Position numbers and translations under genes: made by a program
Shown: one piece after another, positions 39,595 through 50,056 of the stretch
Layout of the letters: every line of letters begins with the position of its first letter
Position numbering within the stretch: the stretch's first letter is position 1
From: Candidatus Cloacimonadales bacterium
GTDB lineage: Bacteria; Cloacimonadota; Cloacimonadia; Cloacimonadales; DAONDQ01
Reading direction: 5' to 3'
Assembly: GCA_963662275.1 (NCBI GenBank)
Contig: OY759316.1
Location: 2,272,001 to 2,336,000, forward strand
DNA length: 64,000 bases
Notes under the pieces: generated by a model
The model's input: the letters and a program-made list of their open reading frames with translations, nothing else
What the model was told of the DNA's origin: nothing
The model's database searches: none

Positions 39595-40239
39595 CTAATT
39601 TCGAATATTCAGAGGATTATCCTGGTTATGAAAGAGAAGATCATTCACATAATCGGTAGTGTCTGCTGCGGAAGATGATTTTACTTTTGTTTTAGTGAGA
39701 GCAGAATTCATCGGTAAATTCTTTGCCTTTGTTTTCACCTGCAGAAGTTTCATCCGAACAGTATCGGGTTTTGCAATGACAGGATTCGAAGATATGGTTT
39801 TTACACTATCACTCATTATTTTTGTTCGATGAAAAATTGCCTTCTGCGAACCAGGTGTTTGTTTGTAAGTTCTATATGCTTTAATTACAATGAAACCGAG
39901 TATTAAGATTAGTAATAAAACTCCTATCAGGTAAAGGAAATTGGTTGAAATAAGGATTTTATTTTCTTTGATTGGCGGTCTGGGTTTGAATTTAGCTGTC
40001 TTTTCATTGGGATAAGAAGCTTCAAATAGTGCTAAAGCTCTTTCCTGATCTGCATGAAGAGTACGTATTACAGTATAAACGATCGCCTTTGCATAACCAT
40101 AAACACCAATATTTTCAAGATGATCATCTTCAATATCAGCTAGCATTTGAATACTCATTTTGGTTTCATGATGCAAATCTTCTAAGGTTAAGTGTTGTTC
40201 TTCTCTAAGTGTCTTGAGATAAGATCCAATCGTATCCAT
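39595..40239 (-). CDS. RodZ-like HTH membrane protein
   Basis: IGSYLKTLREEQ.LTLEDL HTH followed by one TM helix. Confidence 0.75.
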   Translation of the reverse strand: MDTIGSYLKTLREEQHLTLEDLHHETKMSIQMLADIEDDHLENIGVYGYAKAIVYTVIRTLHADQERALALFEASYPNEKTAKFKPRPPIKENKILISTNFLYLIGVLLLILILGFIVIKAYRTYKQTPGSQKAIFHRTKIMSDSVKTISSNPVIAKPDTVRMKLLQVKTKAKNLPMNSALTKTKVKSSSAADTTDYVNDLLFHNQDNPLNIRN

Positions 40240-40277
40240 GACAACCTCTTCAACGTTTATTCAGGCTTGTGAGACAT

Positions 40278-41066
40278 TCACCAATCATAAGTTCCATCAA
40301 ATACGTGAACCACTTCTCCAGTTAAATATATGTGCTGGCTTTTTTCATCGTATTCAGTCTCTACAAACCCACCGGGTAAATCAATTTGCAGTCTTGCATG
40401 ACATCGTTTAGATATCAATCCGGCATAAGCAACTGCACATGCTCCAGTTCCACAAGCCAGGGTGATACCGCTTCCCCTCTCCATAACCTGGACTGTTACT
40501 CGAGATTGGTTATCAATCCTAACAAATTCAACATTGATTCCATTAGTAAAGTAACCTGTTTGATGAATTGAGCCTGCATATTCTGTGATGCGTGTTCCAG
40601 GCAGATTATCTACAAAAATAATAAAATGAGGATTGCCCATGTCCACATAATCACCTGTAAAACCAGCCAAAGACAAATTAGCCTTCAAAATCTTTGGGAT
40701 ACCCATATCCACCCTGACTTTGGTTCTTCCATCTTCTAGTAGTGTGAATCCTGTTTTAATACCGGATGCAGTGTCAATCTGATATGTAGTATCCACTCCG
40801 CTTGCACCCAGGTAACCACAAACAGATCTTAAAGCAGAACCGCACATTTCTGCCTCAGAACCATCAGCATTGATAATTCTCATATGGGCATCTGCATCAT
40901 CTGAGGATAGAATCAGGACAATCCCATCAGCTCCTACCCCATAATGTCTGTCACATATATGTCTGGATAAATCAGAATAATCAAGTGAAGGCAAGTCTTT
41001 TTCCCGAAAATCGAAATACAGGTAATCATTACCCTGGGCTTGCATTTTAAAGAATGGCATCTTCAT
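40278..41066 (-). CDS. dapF: diaminopimelate epimerase
   Basis: GNDY, GVGADG, NADGSEAEMCG, MGNPH, ERGSG.TLACGTG. Confidence 0.96.
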   Translation of the reverse strand: MKMPFFKMQAQGNDYLYFDFREKDLPSLDYSDLSRHICDRHYGVGADGIVLILSSDDADAHMRIINADGSEAEMCGSALRSVCGYLGASGVDTTYQIDTASGIKTGFTLLEDGRTKVRVDMGIPKILKANLSLAGFTGDYVDMGNPHFIIFVDNLPGTRITEYAGSIHQTGYFTNGINVEFVRIDNQSRVTVQVMERGSGITLACGTGACAVAYAGLISKRCHARLQIDLPGGFVETEYDEKSQHIYLTGEVVHVFDGTYDW

Positions 41067-41812
41067 CTGTTTAAAATATCCTCAAAAACATCACTAAACC
41101 GGTATATCCCTTTTTTATCCTCTATCCACATCGCTCCTTTCAAGGCACCTAAGGCAAGTCCAGAGCGATTCCTAACACGATGAATCAATTCAATGGTGTC
41201 TGCATTTGAATCGAAACCGATTGTATGCGTTCCAGGGATACTTCCCGCACGAATACTGGCAAAATGTAACTCTTCAGGTTCTATCTGTCGATTTACCATT
41301 TCAAATTGTACGCTTGTTTTTTGTGCCATATTTTTAATTATAATCTGTGAAAGTTCTTTCGCTGTACCGGAAGGACTATCCTTTTTCTGGTTATGATGTA
41401 GTTCTAATCCATAAATGTCGTATTCAGGCAGCTTTGACATCAATTTGGCAGCTTGTTCCACAATCCGATAAAAAGCATTCATGCCTATTGAGAAGTTAGA
41501 CCCGTATAAAATTCCAATACCGTACTGATCCGTTAAGGCTGAAATTGCTTCATAATGCTGCTCCCAACCAGTTGTTCCGATCACGATATGTACATGATTC
41601 GAAGCAATCATCTGACAATTCTCCAAAACAGCAGTGGGATGTGTGAAATCTATGCAAACCTGTGCTCCATTCAGACTTTCCCTGGTTATTTTTGAAGGAA
41701 GTCCTTGAACATTAGGGTCAATCTTAGAAACGATCTCAATCTCGAAATCTTTAGCGATATCTTCGATCATGTGCCCCATCTTTCCATAACCGGATAATGC
41801 GATACGCAACAT
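41063..41812 (-). CDS. dapB: 4-hydroxy-tetrahydrodipicolinate reductase
   Basis: GYGKMG, GTTG, ELHHNQKKDSPSGTA. Confidence 0.96.
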   Translation of the reverse strand: MLRIALSGYGKMGHMIEDIAKDFEIEIVSKIDPNVQGLPSKITRESLNGAQVCIDFTHPTAVLENCQMIASNHVHIVIGTTGWEQHYEAISALTDQYGIGILYGSNFSIGMNAFYRIVEQAAKLMSKLPEYDIYGLELHHNQKKDSPSGTAKELSQIIIKNMAQKTSVQFEMVNRQIEPEELHFASIRAGSIPGTHTIGFDSNADTIELIHRVRNRSGLALGALKGAMWIEDKKGIYRFSDVFEDILNR

Positions 41813-41826
41813 TCTTTCTCCAAGTC

Positions 41827-42951
41827 TTAACTATTTGAATAGATTCTAATCAATTCCTTGACCCATTTTGTTCCTTTATCCAATTCTGAAACACGGATAC
41901 ATTCAGCAACAGTATGTACTTTATCCATACCTGTCCCAACAGCTATGACAGAGATTCCTTTTCCATTAAAGATGTTTGCATCACTTCCGCCTCCACCTTT
42001 TAGTGTCCGAACCGGTACTCCAATTTTTTCAGCAGCCTGAATCGCCATATGAACAATTGGATCATCATTCTCATAAAAGAAGGAATGATATTCATTATGA
42101 ACAATTGCATCTACAGTTGCCTGGAAACCATTTACTTCAAATTTCTCAACAGTATCTGTAAATACTTTAACTATCGTTTCTGTTAGTTCAGTTAGTTTCT
42201 TCATGCTATGACTTCGTACTTCTCCACGAATCTTAACTAAATTTGGTACAACATTAGTCGCTGCACCTCCATTCATGATGCCTATATTGCATGTTGTTTC
42301 AAAGTCAACCCGACCCCATTGCAGCAAAGATATTGCTTCCGCAGCAACTTGTATGGCGTTAATACCTTTCTCTGGTTCAACACCAGCATGGGCTTCCTTT
42401 CCATGGATAAGAAACTCCAGGCTGTTCTGTGATGGAGCTCCCACCATAAATTCTCCAACAAGATGGGCATCCAAGGCATAACCGAATTTAGATTTCAGAA
42501 GATCAAAATCAAGGTATTTTGCGCCTAATAGACCAATTTCCTCGGATATTGTAAAAAGTAATTCAATGGGTGCATGAGGTTCTCCGGAATCCTGCAATTC
42601 CTTAATGGCGAACATGATCTCGGCAATCCCTGATTTATCATCAGATCCCAGGATCGTAGTACCATCAGAATAAATGACACCATCACGGATAATTGGTTTC
42701 ACATTGTTTCCCGGAAGAACTGTATCCATATGAGAACATAAAAGCATTGATGGTTTATCTATGATTCCGGGAATGTAGGCATACAGGTTACCACAATTTC
42801 CACCTGTTTCCTTATTTGCCTGATCGAAGATCGGGTTAAAACCCATTCCACGTAAATCATCCATAAGCTTTAGCGCAATTTCTTGTTCATGAAGTGATTC
42901 GCTATTGATTTGTACTAGAGATAAAAAGTAATCTAATACCGTTCCTTGCAT
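41827..42951 (-). CDS. M20/M25/M40 peptidase (peptidase T-like)
   Basis: SHMDTV, LGSDDKSG, EEIGL.GA, HAG..PE.G, GGGSDAN. Confidence 0.92.
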   Translation of the reverse strand: MQGTVLDYFLSLVQINSESLHEQEIALKLMDDLRGMGFNPIFDQANKETGGNCGNLYAYIPGIIDKPSMLLCSHMDTVLPGNNVKPIIRDGVIYSDGTTILGSDDKSGIAEIMFAIKELQDSGEPHAPIELLFTISEEIGLLGAKYLDFDLLKSKFGYALDAHLVGEFMVGAPSQNSLEFLIHGKEAHAGVEPEKGINAIQVAAEAISLLQWGRVDFETTCNIGIMNGGAATNVVPNLVKIRGEVRSHSMKKLTELTETIVKVFTDTVEKFEVNGFQATVDAIVHNEYHSFFYENDDPIVHMAIQAAEKIGVPVRTLKGGGGSDANIFNGKGISVIAVGTGMDKVHTVAECIRVSELDKGTKWVKELIRIYSNS

Positions 42952-43153
42952 GATATATACCCCTTGATGTAATTTTCAAAACATTGATTCAAATATATAG
43001 TATATACAATGCGTCAACTAAAAAAACTACAAGGTAAACAAGAATATCCATTATATGATAAAAAGAAAATGAGATTTATGGTGCATGCTCTTCCGTAGTA
43101 TTTCGAATAATCCGTTTGCATATACCCATTTAGGAGCTGTAATAAGTACGAAA

Positions 43154-43181
43154 TAAAACCCCCAGGATCACTCCCGGGGGC
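43154..43181 (-). terminator. intrinsic terminator
   Basis: CCCCCGGGA/TCCTGGGGG stem plus T-tract on minus strand after NIDO gene. Confidence 0.7.
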
Positions 43182-43211
43182 ATATTTGTTCAGCAAATAA
43201 GATTTGCTTTT

Positions 43212-44948
43212 TTATTTGAGAATGATCATTTTCTTGGTTTGGCTTATGGTAGGAGAGTTAAGATTATAGAAGTATATTCCACTTCCGCAGATATTACCTT
43301 TGTTGTCCTTACCATCCCAAGTTAGCGTATGATTACCTTCATTAACGATGAAGGTTTTTACAGATTGTCCAAGAACATTGTAAATATTGATTGAAGCAGT
43401 CGTACCTTGCTTGACCTGGACATCAATATTGGTGGAACCATTCATCCGGAAAGGATTAGGATAGTTGTCATTCATTGATGTCATCTGAGGTACATTTACA
43501 ACAGGATTGTTATCCATAGTTGCTGTAAGTGGTCCAAAGAGAGTACTGGTATTGTTGAATTCTACACCTTGCAGCCAATAGTAATAAGTATGCCCATTTT
43601 CTACTTCCGGATCAATGATCTGATATGTGTTGGATACAGAAGTATTCGTCGCAGGAATTATCGCTTGATTCAACTGTGAAGCAGTACTAAAAATACCGAC
43701 ATCATTACGGAACACATTGTAACCCAACATGCTGGTTTCGCTCTGTGTAATCCAGGTAACATTGACAAAATTCTCTCCCGTCAAAGTTGCTGTGAAACTG
43801 CTAAGTTCTACAGGAAGAACTTCATCACCCTGGACAGTGATATAGAAATCTGTATTCGATGTTTGAGGTGGAACTCCATCATCAGTTGCGGAAATTGTAA
43901 CGTGATGAAGTCCTACATTGCCGGCATTCGCAATGATATGGAAAGTAACTGAAGCTGGATTCCCTGGTAAAATTTCATAACTGAATCCGCTTGTAAAATC
44001 ATCTGTGACTATTACATTTGTAGTTTCTCCAATTTCAGGGGATAACACAGTGACTACAAAATTATCTGATCCGCTTGGAGGTACAACTACAGGAACAACA
44101 GGAACGTCTTGAAAAATTGGAGGTGTGTTGTCACCACCGGTACCACCGAATTTATACAGTCTTCCGTCCAGAAAACTAATACCATCTGCATTATCACCAG
44201 GTCCGTCATAGTCAGTTCCTGGATGATCAAATCTGCCAATCTGGAAGAAATTTGTCCCATCACCTTTATTGACGCCGACAGTGGCAGGAGTACCATAAAA
44301 TCCACCTGACCCACCTGAAGCACTACCGGTAGTCCACTGCATAGTATCATAACTGAAACCAGCCCAGTAGCCTACACCTAATATTGGATCGGTACCATCT
44401 GAAAAAATCAGTTCGAAAGTATTGAGTTTGTCAGTCTGAGAATTGAAATATCCCACTGCATCCCATATAACGACAACCCTGTGAGCTTCTTTCTTGTACC
44501 AGACATATCCACCTCCGCTTTGCCGTGTATCCACATCTGCCCAGAAAGGTGCTAGCATTTTAAAGTCAGCAATAGGGAAGCCCGTCGAGCTAAAAGTGTA
44601 AAATGGTGTACCGAAAGAGACATTCCCATTGTTGTTGATATAAAAGCTATTGAAGACTTCTCCGAAAAAGCTAAACGGAAAAAGACATGCAATCTCACTA
44701 GTGTATTCGTCATCATTGGGACCCATTGCCAATTCAAATGAGGCATCCCAGGGAATAAGCAGATTTTGGTTATTCCTGGGGATCTTTACATGAGATGGAC
44801 GTACGGATGAAACTGGGTCTGGATTACTGACCAGGCTCTGTTTCCATGCTGCATACTCGGGCGAGGAAGGTAAAAGCTTAGCTTGCTGAGCAAATACCTG
44901 TAAGAAGATAAACGTGAAAATAACAAGGAATAATACTTTTGTTTTCAT
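43212..44948 (-). CDS. secreted NIDO (nidogen-like) domain protein with LPVELSSF module and FlgD-Ig/T9SS-like CTD
   Basis: APFWADVDTR, VGYF....DKLNTFE, MQWTTG.ASGG; NYPNPF...WDGKD..G..CGSGIYFY. Confidence 0.85.
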   Translation of the reverse strand: MKTKVLFLVIFTFIFLQVFAQQAKLLPSSPEYAAWKQSLVSNPDPVSSVRPSHVKIPRNNQNLLIPWDASFELAMGPNDDEYTSEIACLFPFSFFGEVFNSFYINNNGNVSFGTPFYTFSSTGFPIADFKMLAPFWADVDTRQSGGGYVWYKKEAHRVVVIWDAVGYFNSQTDKLNTFELIFSDGTDPILGVGYWAGFSYDTMQWTTGSASGGSGGFYGTPATVGVNKGDGTNFFQIGRFDHPGTDYDGPGDNADGISFLDGRLYKFGGTGGDNTPPIFQDVPVVPVVVPPSGSDNFVVTVLSPEIGETTNVIVTDDFTSGFSYEILPGNPASVTFHIIANAGNVGLHHVTISATDDGVPPQTSNTDFYITVQGDEVLPVELSSFTATLTGENFVNVTWITQSETSMLGYNVFRNDVGIFSTASQLNQAIIPATNTSVSNTYQIIDPEVENGHTYYYWLQGVEFNNTSTLFGPLTATMDNNPVVNVPQMTSMNDNYPNPFRMNGSTNIDVQVKQGTTASINIYNVLGQSVKTFIVNEGNHTLTWDGKDNKGNICGSGIYFYNLNSPTISQTKKMIILK

Positions 44949-45068
44949 ACAATCCTCCATTTATTTTGTCTATACAAGTCTTATAAATATATATAAATTA
45001 CGTCAAGAAAAAAATTCAAATACTTTGTTATACAAAATATTGTATCAATAAAATAAATACTATTCTAT

Positions 45069-45153
45069 AGAGACGCCCAACTTGGGCGTCTCTACTTCTA
45101 CTTGTGAATTACAGGGCAAACGGAAAGAAGACGCCCAACTTGGGCGTCTCTAC
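45069..45153 (-). repeat. REP doublet
   Basis: Two copies of GTAGAGACGCCCAAGTTGGGCGTCT (45071-45095, 45129-45153). Confidence 0.85.
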
Positions 45154-45268
45154 TTTATCTGAATTACAAGGCGAAGCGAATTATACTTGACAAAAACATT
45201 AATCTTGCTGATTCAAATAGAAAGGTATAAATTCAAGCCATGAATGAATATTATAGAGAGGTGATGTA

Positions 45269-46750
45269 ATGAAGAAATTCATATTCCTATTCCTGATATT
45301 ACTACCCTTCACACTGTTTGCTCAATCAACTAATGACAAAACCACTACCGAAGAAGTTAAGGGATTTTCAATGGGAGGAGCTGTAGGTACTGTAACATTT
45401 GACAATATTACTTACTCAGATATCCATCTTTCTCCGGAAATCTCAATATGGAAATTCGGCATCGGTCTTGATTTCGACCTTCTTATCGATCAGGAAGGAA
45501 ATATCCGTAAGGAAGACTGGGATGACTCAAAAGATATCCTGACAAAGATCTACATGATACGGTTCGCGCAAAGAGGCGATCCATTTTATGCCCGTGTAGG
45601 CGGATTTCCTAATTATACGCTTTCACATGGTTTAATCATGAACCATTATTCAAATATGCTGCAGTTTCCTCAGATACGCCAGATCGGTGTTATGGTTGGT
45701 GTAAATACTCCCATGTCAGGTTTGGGATTTGAAGTGTTCACATCGAACGTCCAAAGAAATGAAATCCTTGCCGGTCGTGTTCATATGAAGCCTCTAACCC
45801 CTACCGGAATGCCGTTGCTGAAAGATTTGGATGTTGGAGTCAGTGCAGCCACAGATCGTAACCAATACGGTGCTTTGGATGATGTCTCTTTTGATACTGA
45901 TGGGGATGGAATTTATGATGATGCAGACATTGATGCGGATAATGATGGAGAGTTGGATGCATCACCTTATGTCCTGGGTAAATATCCTATTTTAGAGACG
46001 ATAGAAGATCAATTGGATAGTTCATTTCCAAATTATGATGAGTTGCTAAGTTCAAAAAAAGAATCAGTAACTGAATATGGTGTAGATTATGAATTGCCAA
46101 TTATCCAGGGGGATAAATTCTATTTAAGTCATTATGGAGAAGCAGCTCAAATCCAGGATTTCAACATGGGATTTATTTTCCCAGGTTTTTATAGCAAATT
46201 TATGATCTTTGATATGAATGTTGAGTTAAGGCATTTCCAGGATAAATATATTCCCGGTTATTTTGATCAATTATATGATCAGCAAAGAGCTTCCACCTAT
46301 TACACCCTGGTACCGCCTGATTCAGAATTTTATGGCATCAGCACGAAGAAAGACCTGATCCAGTATGCAAAAGCGTCAACTGGCTGGTTCGCAAGTATTA
46401 CTTCGCACATTGGTGACATGGTACTTTTAACGATCTCTTACCAGGACATGTATAACAAAAGTAAAACTGGTGGAAAATCACTATGGGGGAACTTACGTCT
46501 CAATCCAAAATTCATACCTAAATTACAGGAAGCCAGCATTAATTACTCTCAAGTCAATGTAGATAAAATTAAGCAAATTCGTTGCAATAATGCGATCCTG
46601 GAAGGAAGATTGGTTTATGGATTATCATCAAATACGAACTTAGTTGGATCCTATTCAGAACGATATAATGATGTAAATAACGATGGTAAGATTAATAATG
46701 ATGGTGAAGTTCTAAAGACTTTTGGAACATCTGTGGAATTCAAATTCTAA
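45269..46750 (+). CDS. putative outer-membrane/secreted protein with Asp-rich Ca-binding-like loops
   Basis: Signal peptide, DTDGDGIYDDADIDADNDG and DVNNDG motifs, terminal EFKF. Confidence 0.7.
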   Translation: MKKFIFLFLILLPFTLFAQSTNDKTTTEEVKGFSMGGAVGTVTFDNITYSDIHLSPEISIWKFGIGLDFDLLIDQEGNIRKEDWDDSKDILTKIYMIRFAQRGDPFYARVGGFPNYTLSHGLIMNHYSNMLQFPQIRQIGVMVGVNTPMSGLGFEVFTSNVQRNEILAGRVHMKPLTPTGMPLLKDLDVGVSAATDRNQYGALDDVSFDTDGDGIYDDADIDADNDGELDASPYVLGKYPILETIEDQLDSSFPNYDELLSSKKESVTEYGVDYELPIIQGDKFYLSHYGEAAQIQDFNMGFIFPGFYSKFMIFDMNVELRHFQDKYIPGYFDQLYDQQRASTYYTLVPPDSEFYGISTKKDLIQYAKASTGWFASITSHIGDMVLLTISYQDMYNKSKTGGKSLWGNLRLNPKFIPKLQEASINYSQVNVDKIKQIRCNNAILEGRLVYGLSSNTNLVGSYSERYNDVNNDGKINNDGEVLKTFGTSVEFKF

Positions 46751-46764
46751 TTATCAAATACAAT

Positions 46765-46800
46765 AAAACAAATGCTCCCGTTTATGGGAGCATTTGTTTT
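46765..46800. terminator. bidirectional intrinsic terminator
   Basis: AAAACAAATGCTCCC/GGGAGCATTTGTTTT between convergent genes. Confidence 0.85.
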
Positions 46801-46821
46801 AATCTTATTTTTTATACGTAT

Positions 46822-47238
46822 TCAGGAAATTTTAAAATAAGGAAATAGAATACCAATCTCTCGTTTGGCACTTTCATCTGAATCGGATGCATGAACTGCA
46901 TTTTCTGTAATACTATCGGCATACAATTTACGAATCGTTCCCCATTCCTGTTTTGCAGGATCTGTATCTCCAATCAGTAATCTTAAATCTTCAACCGCAT
47001 CTTGTTTCTGAAGAATGACTGCTGTCGTACGTCCAGATACCATAAATTTAATCAGGTTGGAAAAGAAGGATTTGCCTTTATGCATTTCATAAAATTCTTC
47101 TGCTAAATCATAATCCATAGTAAATATTCGAGCTTCCACTAATTCAAATCCATGATGCTCAACCATGGCGATGATTTCACCGATATGATGCTTTTGAGTT
47201 GCGTTCGGTTTGATGAGAAGGAGAGAATAATTACTCAT
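46822..47238 (-). CDS. ndk: nucleoside diphosphate kinase
   Basis: IKPNA, FYEMHKGK.FF, GTIR, NAVHASDS. Confidence 0.96.
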   Translation of the reverse strand: MSNYSLLLIKPNATQKHHIGEIIAMVEHHGFELVEARIFTMDYDLAEEFYEMHKGKSFFSNLIKFMVSGRTTAVILQKQDAVEDLRLLIGDTDPAKQEWGTIRKLYADSITENAVHASDSDESAKREIGILFPYFKIS

Positions 47239-47561
47239 TATTTCACTGAATATCGCGTTTCAATATAATCAAGTGCTGCGACCCTAATAGCAATATCACG
47301 ATCAAGAATCTTACTCATACTGATCTTGTGCTTCAATACTTCAATCCAAAGATCGAAAACTTCACTTTGTTTTAATTCTAAGCCTGTATAAATTTTTATC
47401 ATATTGGGATAAAATTCATCACGATCTGAATCAATGTGTGCTATAATGTACTTTAATGGTTCGTTCGTTACTTCATAGTCTTTATAACGAACATCAACTA
47501 CTGCAAATCCCTGTTTCAACAGGTTTTCAAAACTGATATGAAAATCTTCATGCTGTGCCAT
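47238..47561 (-). CDS. hypothetical protein (DUF4032-like C-terminus)
   Basis: W.EVLKHK..MS..LDRDI.IRVAALDY; AAGGAG RBS; coupled to ndk. Confidence 0.7.
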   Translation of the reverse strand: MAQHEDFHISFENLLKQGFAVVDVRYKDYEVTNEPLKYIIAHIDSDRDEFYPNMIKIYTGLELKQSEVFDLWIEVLKHKISMSKILDRDIAIRVAALDYIETRYSVK

Positions 47562-47749
47562 TTGCCATCTCCTTCTTGATAATACGATCGACCGACCATC
47601 TTTGATATATTCTAAAAACGCCTTTAATCGTCAAGGAGTTTTCTCTTTTTTCATAACTAACAAACTCTTTCCTTGTCTGTGTATTTTGAAAATGGCAATA
47701 TTGAATCGCTCTTTAAATACAATAATTGCTCGTGAATGAAATTTAGACA

Positions 47750-48838
47750 CTAAATTCCTGTTGCTATTGAAATCTGATTTCTACCATTATTTTTACTCAT
47801 ATAAAGCGCTTGATCTGCTTTTTGGATGCAGTAATCTATATCACTATTCTCTGAATAACTGCTTACTCCTGCAGATAGTCTGATAGAAATCTGTTTCGTT
47901 CGATATATACATGGCATAATTTCAATTTTATCTAGTATCTTCTTATAAACGATCTTGGCACTTTCCATATCCGTCTCTGGCAGCAAAATAAGAAACTCAT
48001 CACCACCCCATCGGGATACAATATCTTGTTTTCTCAATGTTTTTTCCATCAGTTGTGATAAATAAACAAGTACAAAGTCCCCGGCATCATGACCATCCGA
48101 ATCATTAATCTGCTTAAAGAAATCAATATCCAGCATCATAATCGAAAATTGTATATGATTACGTTCATATGTAATTTGCGCATATTCAAGCTTTTCTGCC
48201 ATATCACGCCGATTGGAGAGATTCGTAAGAGGATCTTTACGGGCAACAAGATCTAAGATATGATTTGCATTTGTCAGCTCTTCGTTTATCACATGTATTT
48301 CCATGTATGCTTTTATCAATTTTCTGGTAGTAACAGATTTCATTAAATACAAATACACAAACATAAAAGTAATTAGTATAAGCAAAATACCAAAGATATT
48401 GCTATCTCGTTTATATATTTTCAGGTTACTGTATTGCAAAGACTTGACCATGCGGTCATAAATATGAGCTTGATCTTCAAGTGCTTCAATATGACCGGCT
48501 AATTCCGGTCGCAGATGAAAAATCATCAGGGCTTTCTGATTCGCTGAAAGAGCTTCTGTCACATGACCGCTTTTCAATTGCAAAGCACATAACCTATTTA
48601 AACATAAAGCTTGTGTACCTATATCACCAGAATTCTGTGCTAGATGAATTGCCATATTTATATAGATCGTAGCTTTCTGAGGATTCTTTCGTGCCACAGA
48701 GTCTGAAATAGTCAAATAGTCCTCTATTTTCAGACCTTGGGGTTTACCATGTATGATAGGCATATTAATCATGTTATGATCTTGCGAAAATAACAGTATA
48801 GGAAATAAGATCAATAATAACCAAATCCCTTTTATCAT
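47750..48838 (-). CDS. membrane diguanylate cyclase with TPR-like periplasmic region
   Basis: DPLT.L.NR, DIDFFKQIND, RxxD I-site (RKQD), GGDEF. Confidence 0.92.
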   Translation of the reverse strand: MIKGIWLLLILFPILLFSQDHNMINMPIIHGKPQGLKIEDYLTISDSVARKNPQKATIYINMAIHLAQNSGDIGTQALCLNRLCALQLKSGHVTEALSANQKALMIFHLRPELAGHIEALEDQAHIYDRMVKSLQYSNLKIYKRDSNIFGILLILITFMFVYLYLMKSVTTRKLIKAYMEIHVINEELTNANHILDLVARKDPLTNLSNRRDMAEKLEYAQITYERNHIQFSIMMLDIDFFKQINDSDGHDAGDFVLVYLSQLMEKTLRKQDIVSRWGGDEFLILLPETDMESAKIVYKKILDKIEIMPCIYRTKQISIRLSAGVSSYSENSDIDYCIQKADQALYMSKNNGRNQISIATGI

Positions 48839-49152
48839 ACAAATCCTTTTTTGCACTTCGCCTTTGCATTTTCAAATCTTTATACTATTTTTGTAATTAA
48901 AAGTCCAAACTGTCAAGTGATTAATTTAATCCTATTTTGATTATAGTGCCACAATTATTTACATTGTTTATATAGACTCTCTTATAAAGTATCCTGATCA
49001 TCCAGGAGTTAATAATTTCTTTCGAAAATAAATGAAGCTGTTCTCTGGCTTCTTCTCCATCCATTTCTTGTTTACGAACTGGTTCTGATTATCTTATCTA
49101 TGATTAGTAATTTTTATAGTTATTCGTATTTTGTTTTACATAAGGAGATATC

Positions 49153-49635
49153 ATGAATATCTGCATAATTGTCCATTCACAGACAGGAAATACGCTCCAG
49201 TTTGCCAAACTGCTTGCAGACAAATTACAAGCCAGGGGTAATTCTTTAGATATAATCGAACTCCGCACAAATGTACCTGTCATCTCTGGTTCGGTGAACC
49301 ATACGATAAACTTCGAGATCAAAAATCTACCTGATATTTCAAACTATGATGTTATTATTGCAGGTGGTCCAGTATGGTCGTTTTCTGTATCCCCTGTTAT
49401 TTATAAAGCAATTACCAGGTTACCCGCAATGAAAGGGAAGAAATTCCTGCCTTTTGTCACCATGACAGCCCCTCTTATCAGTATGGGTGGAACAAGTTCC
49501 CTCAAACTAATGAGTGAAGCTGCTGCAAACCTCGGCGCAGAAATTCTTCCCGGTGTTGCTATCCCAAGGTTATTCAGTAATGTCGATTCCATTATCATTC
49601 GAGAAGCTGAAAAGATATGTATGGAGCTCAGGTAG
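49153..49635 (+). CDS. flavodoxin family protein
   Basis: HSQTGNT, GGPVW. Confidence 0.85.
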   Translation: MNICIIVHSQTGNTLQFAKLLADKLQARGNSLDIIELRTNVPVISGSVNHTINFEIKNLPDISNYDVIIAGGPVWSFSVSPVIYKAITRLPAMKGKKFLPFVTMTAPLISMGGTSSLKLMSEAAANLGAEILPGVAIPRLFSNVDSIIIREAEKICMELR

Positions 49636-49637
49636 GG

Positions 49638-49880
49638 GCTAGGTGTTTGGTGTTAGGTGCTAGGTGCTAGGTGCTAGGTGTTAGGTGTTAGGTGTTAGGT
49701 GCTAGGTGCTAGGTGTTAGGTGCTAGGTGCTAGGTGCTAGGTGTTATTCCCTACTACCATCTCCTATTTCAATTTTAAATTTTAAATCTTCAATTCTGCT
49801 CTCTTCCTCAATTCGTAATTCGTAACTCGTAATTCTCAGCCCTCTTCTCCCTCAATTCGTAATTCGTAATTCGTAATTCT
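49638..49880. repeat. heptamer tandem arrays
   Basis: 15 x GYTAGGT (49638-49742; one unit reads GTTTGGT), then AATTTTA/AATCTTC units and two AATTCGT arrays (about 49810-49880). Confidence 0.9.
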
Positions 49881-50056
49881 CTGCAATCTCTTCTTGACAC
49901 TTGTAACTACCATTCATTTTAATTGTTTTTATAATGAATATTAACTTTCTAACTAAAGAGTATAGATTTGATTTAATCTTTACAACGAAGATTAATCGAA
50001 TCAATTATGAAAACATGAATATTGATTTCAAACGATAACACTAGGGAGGTAGTTTT

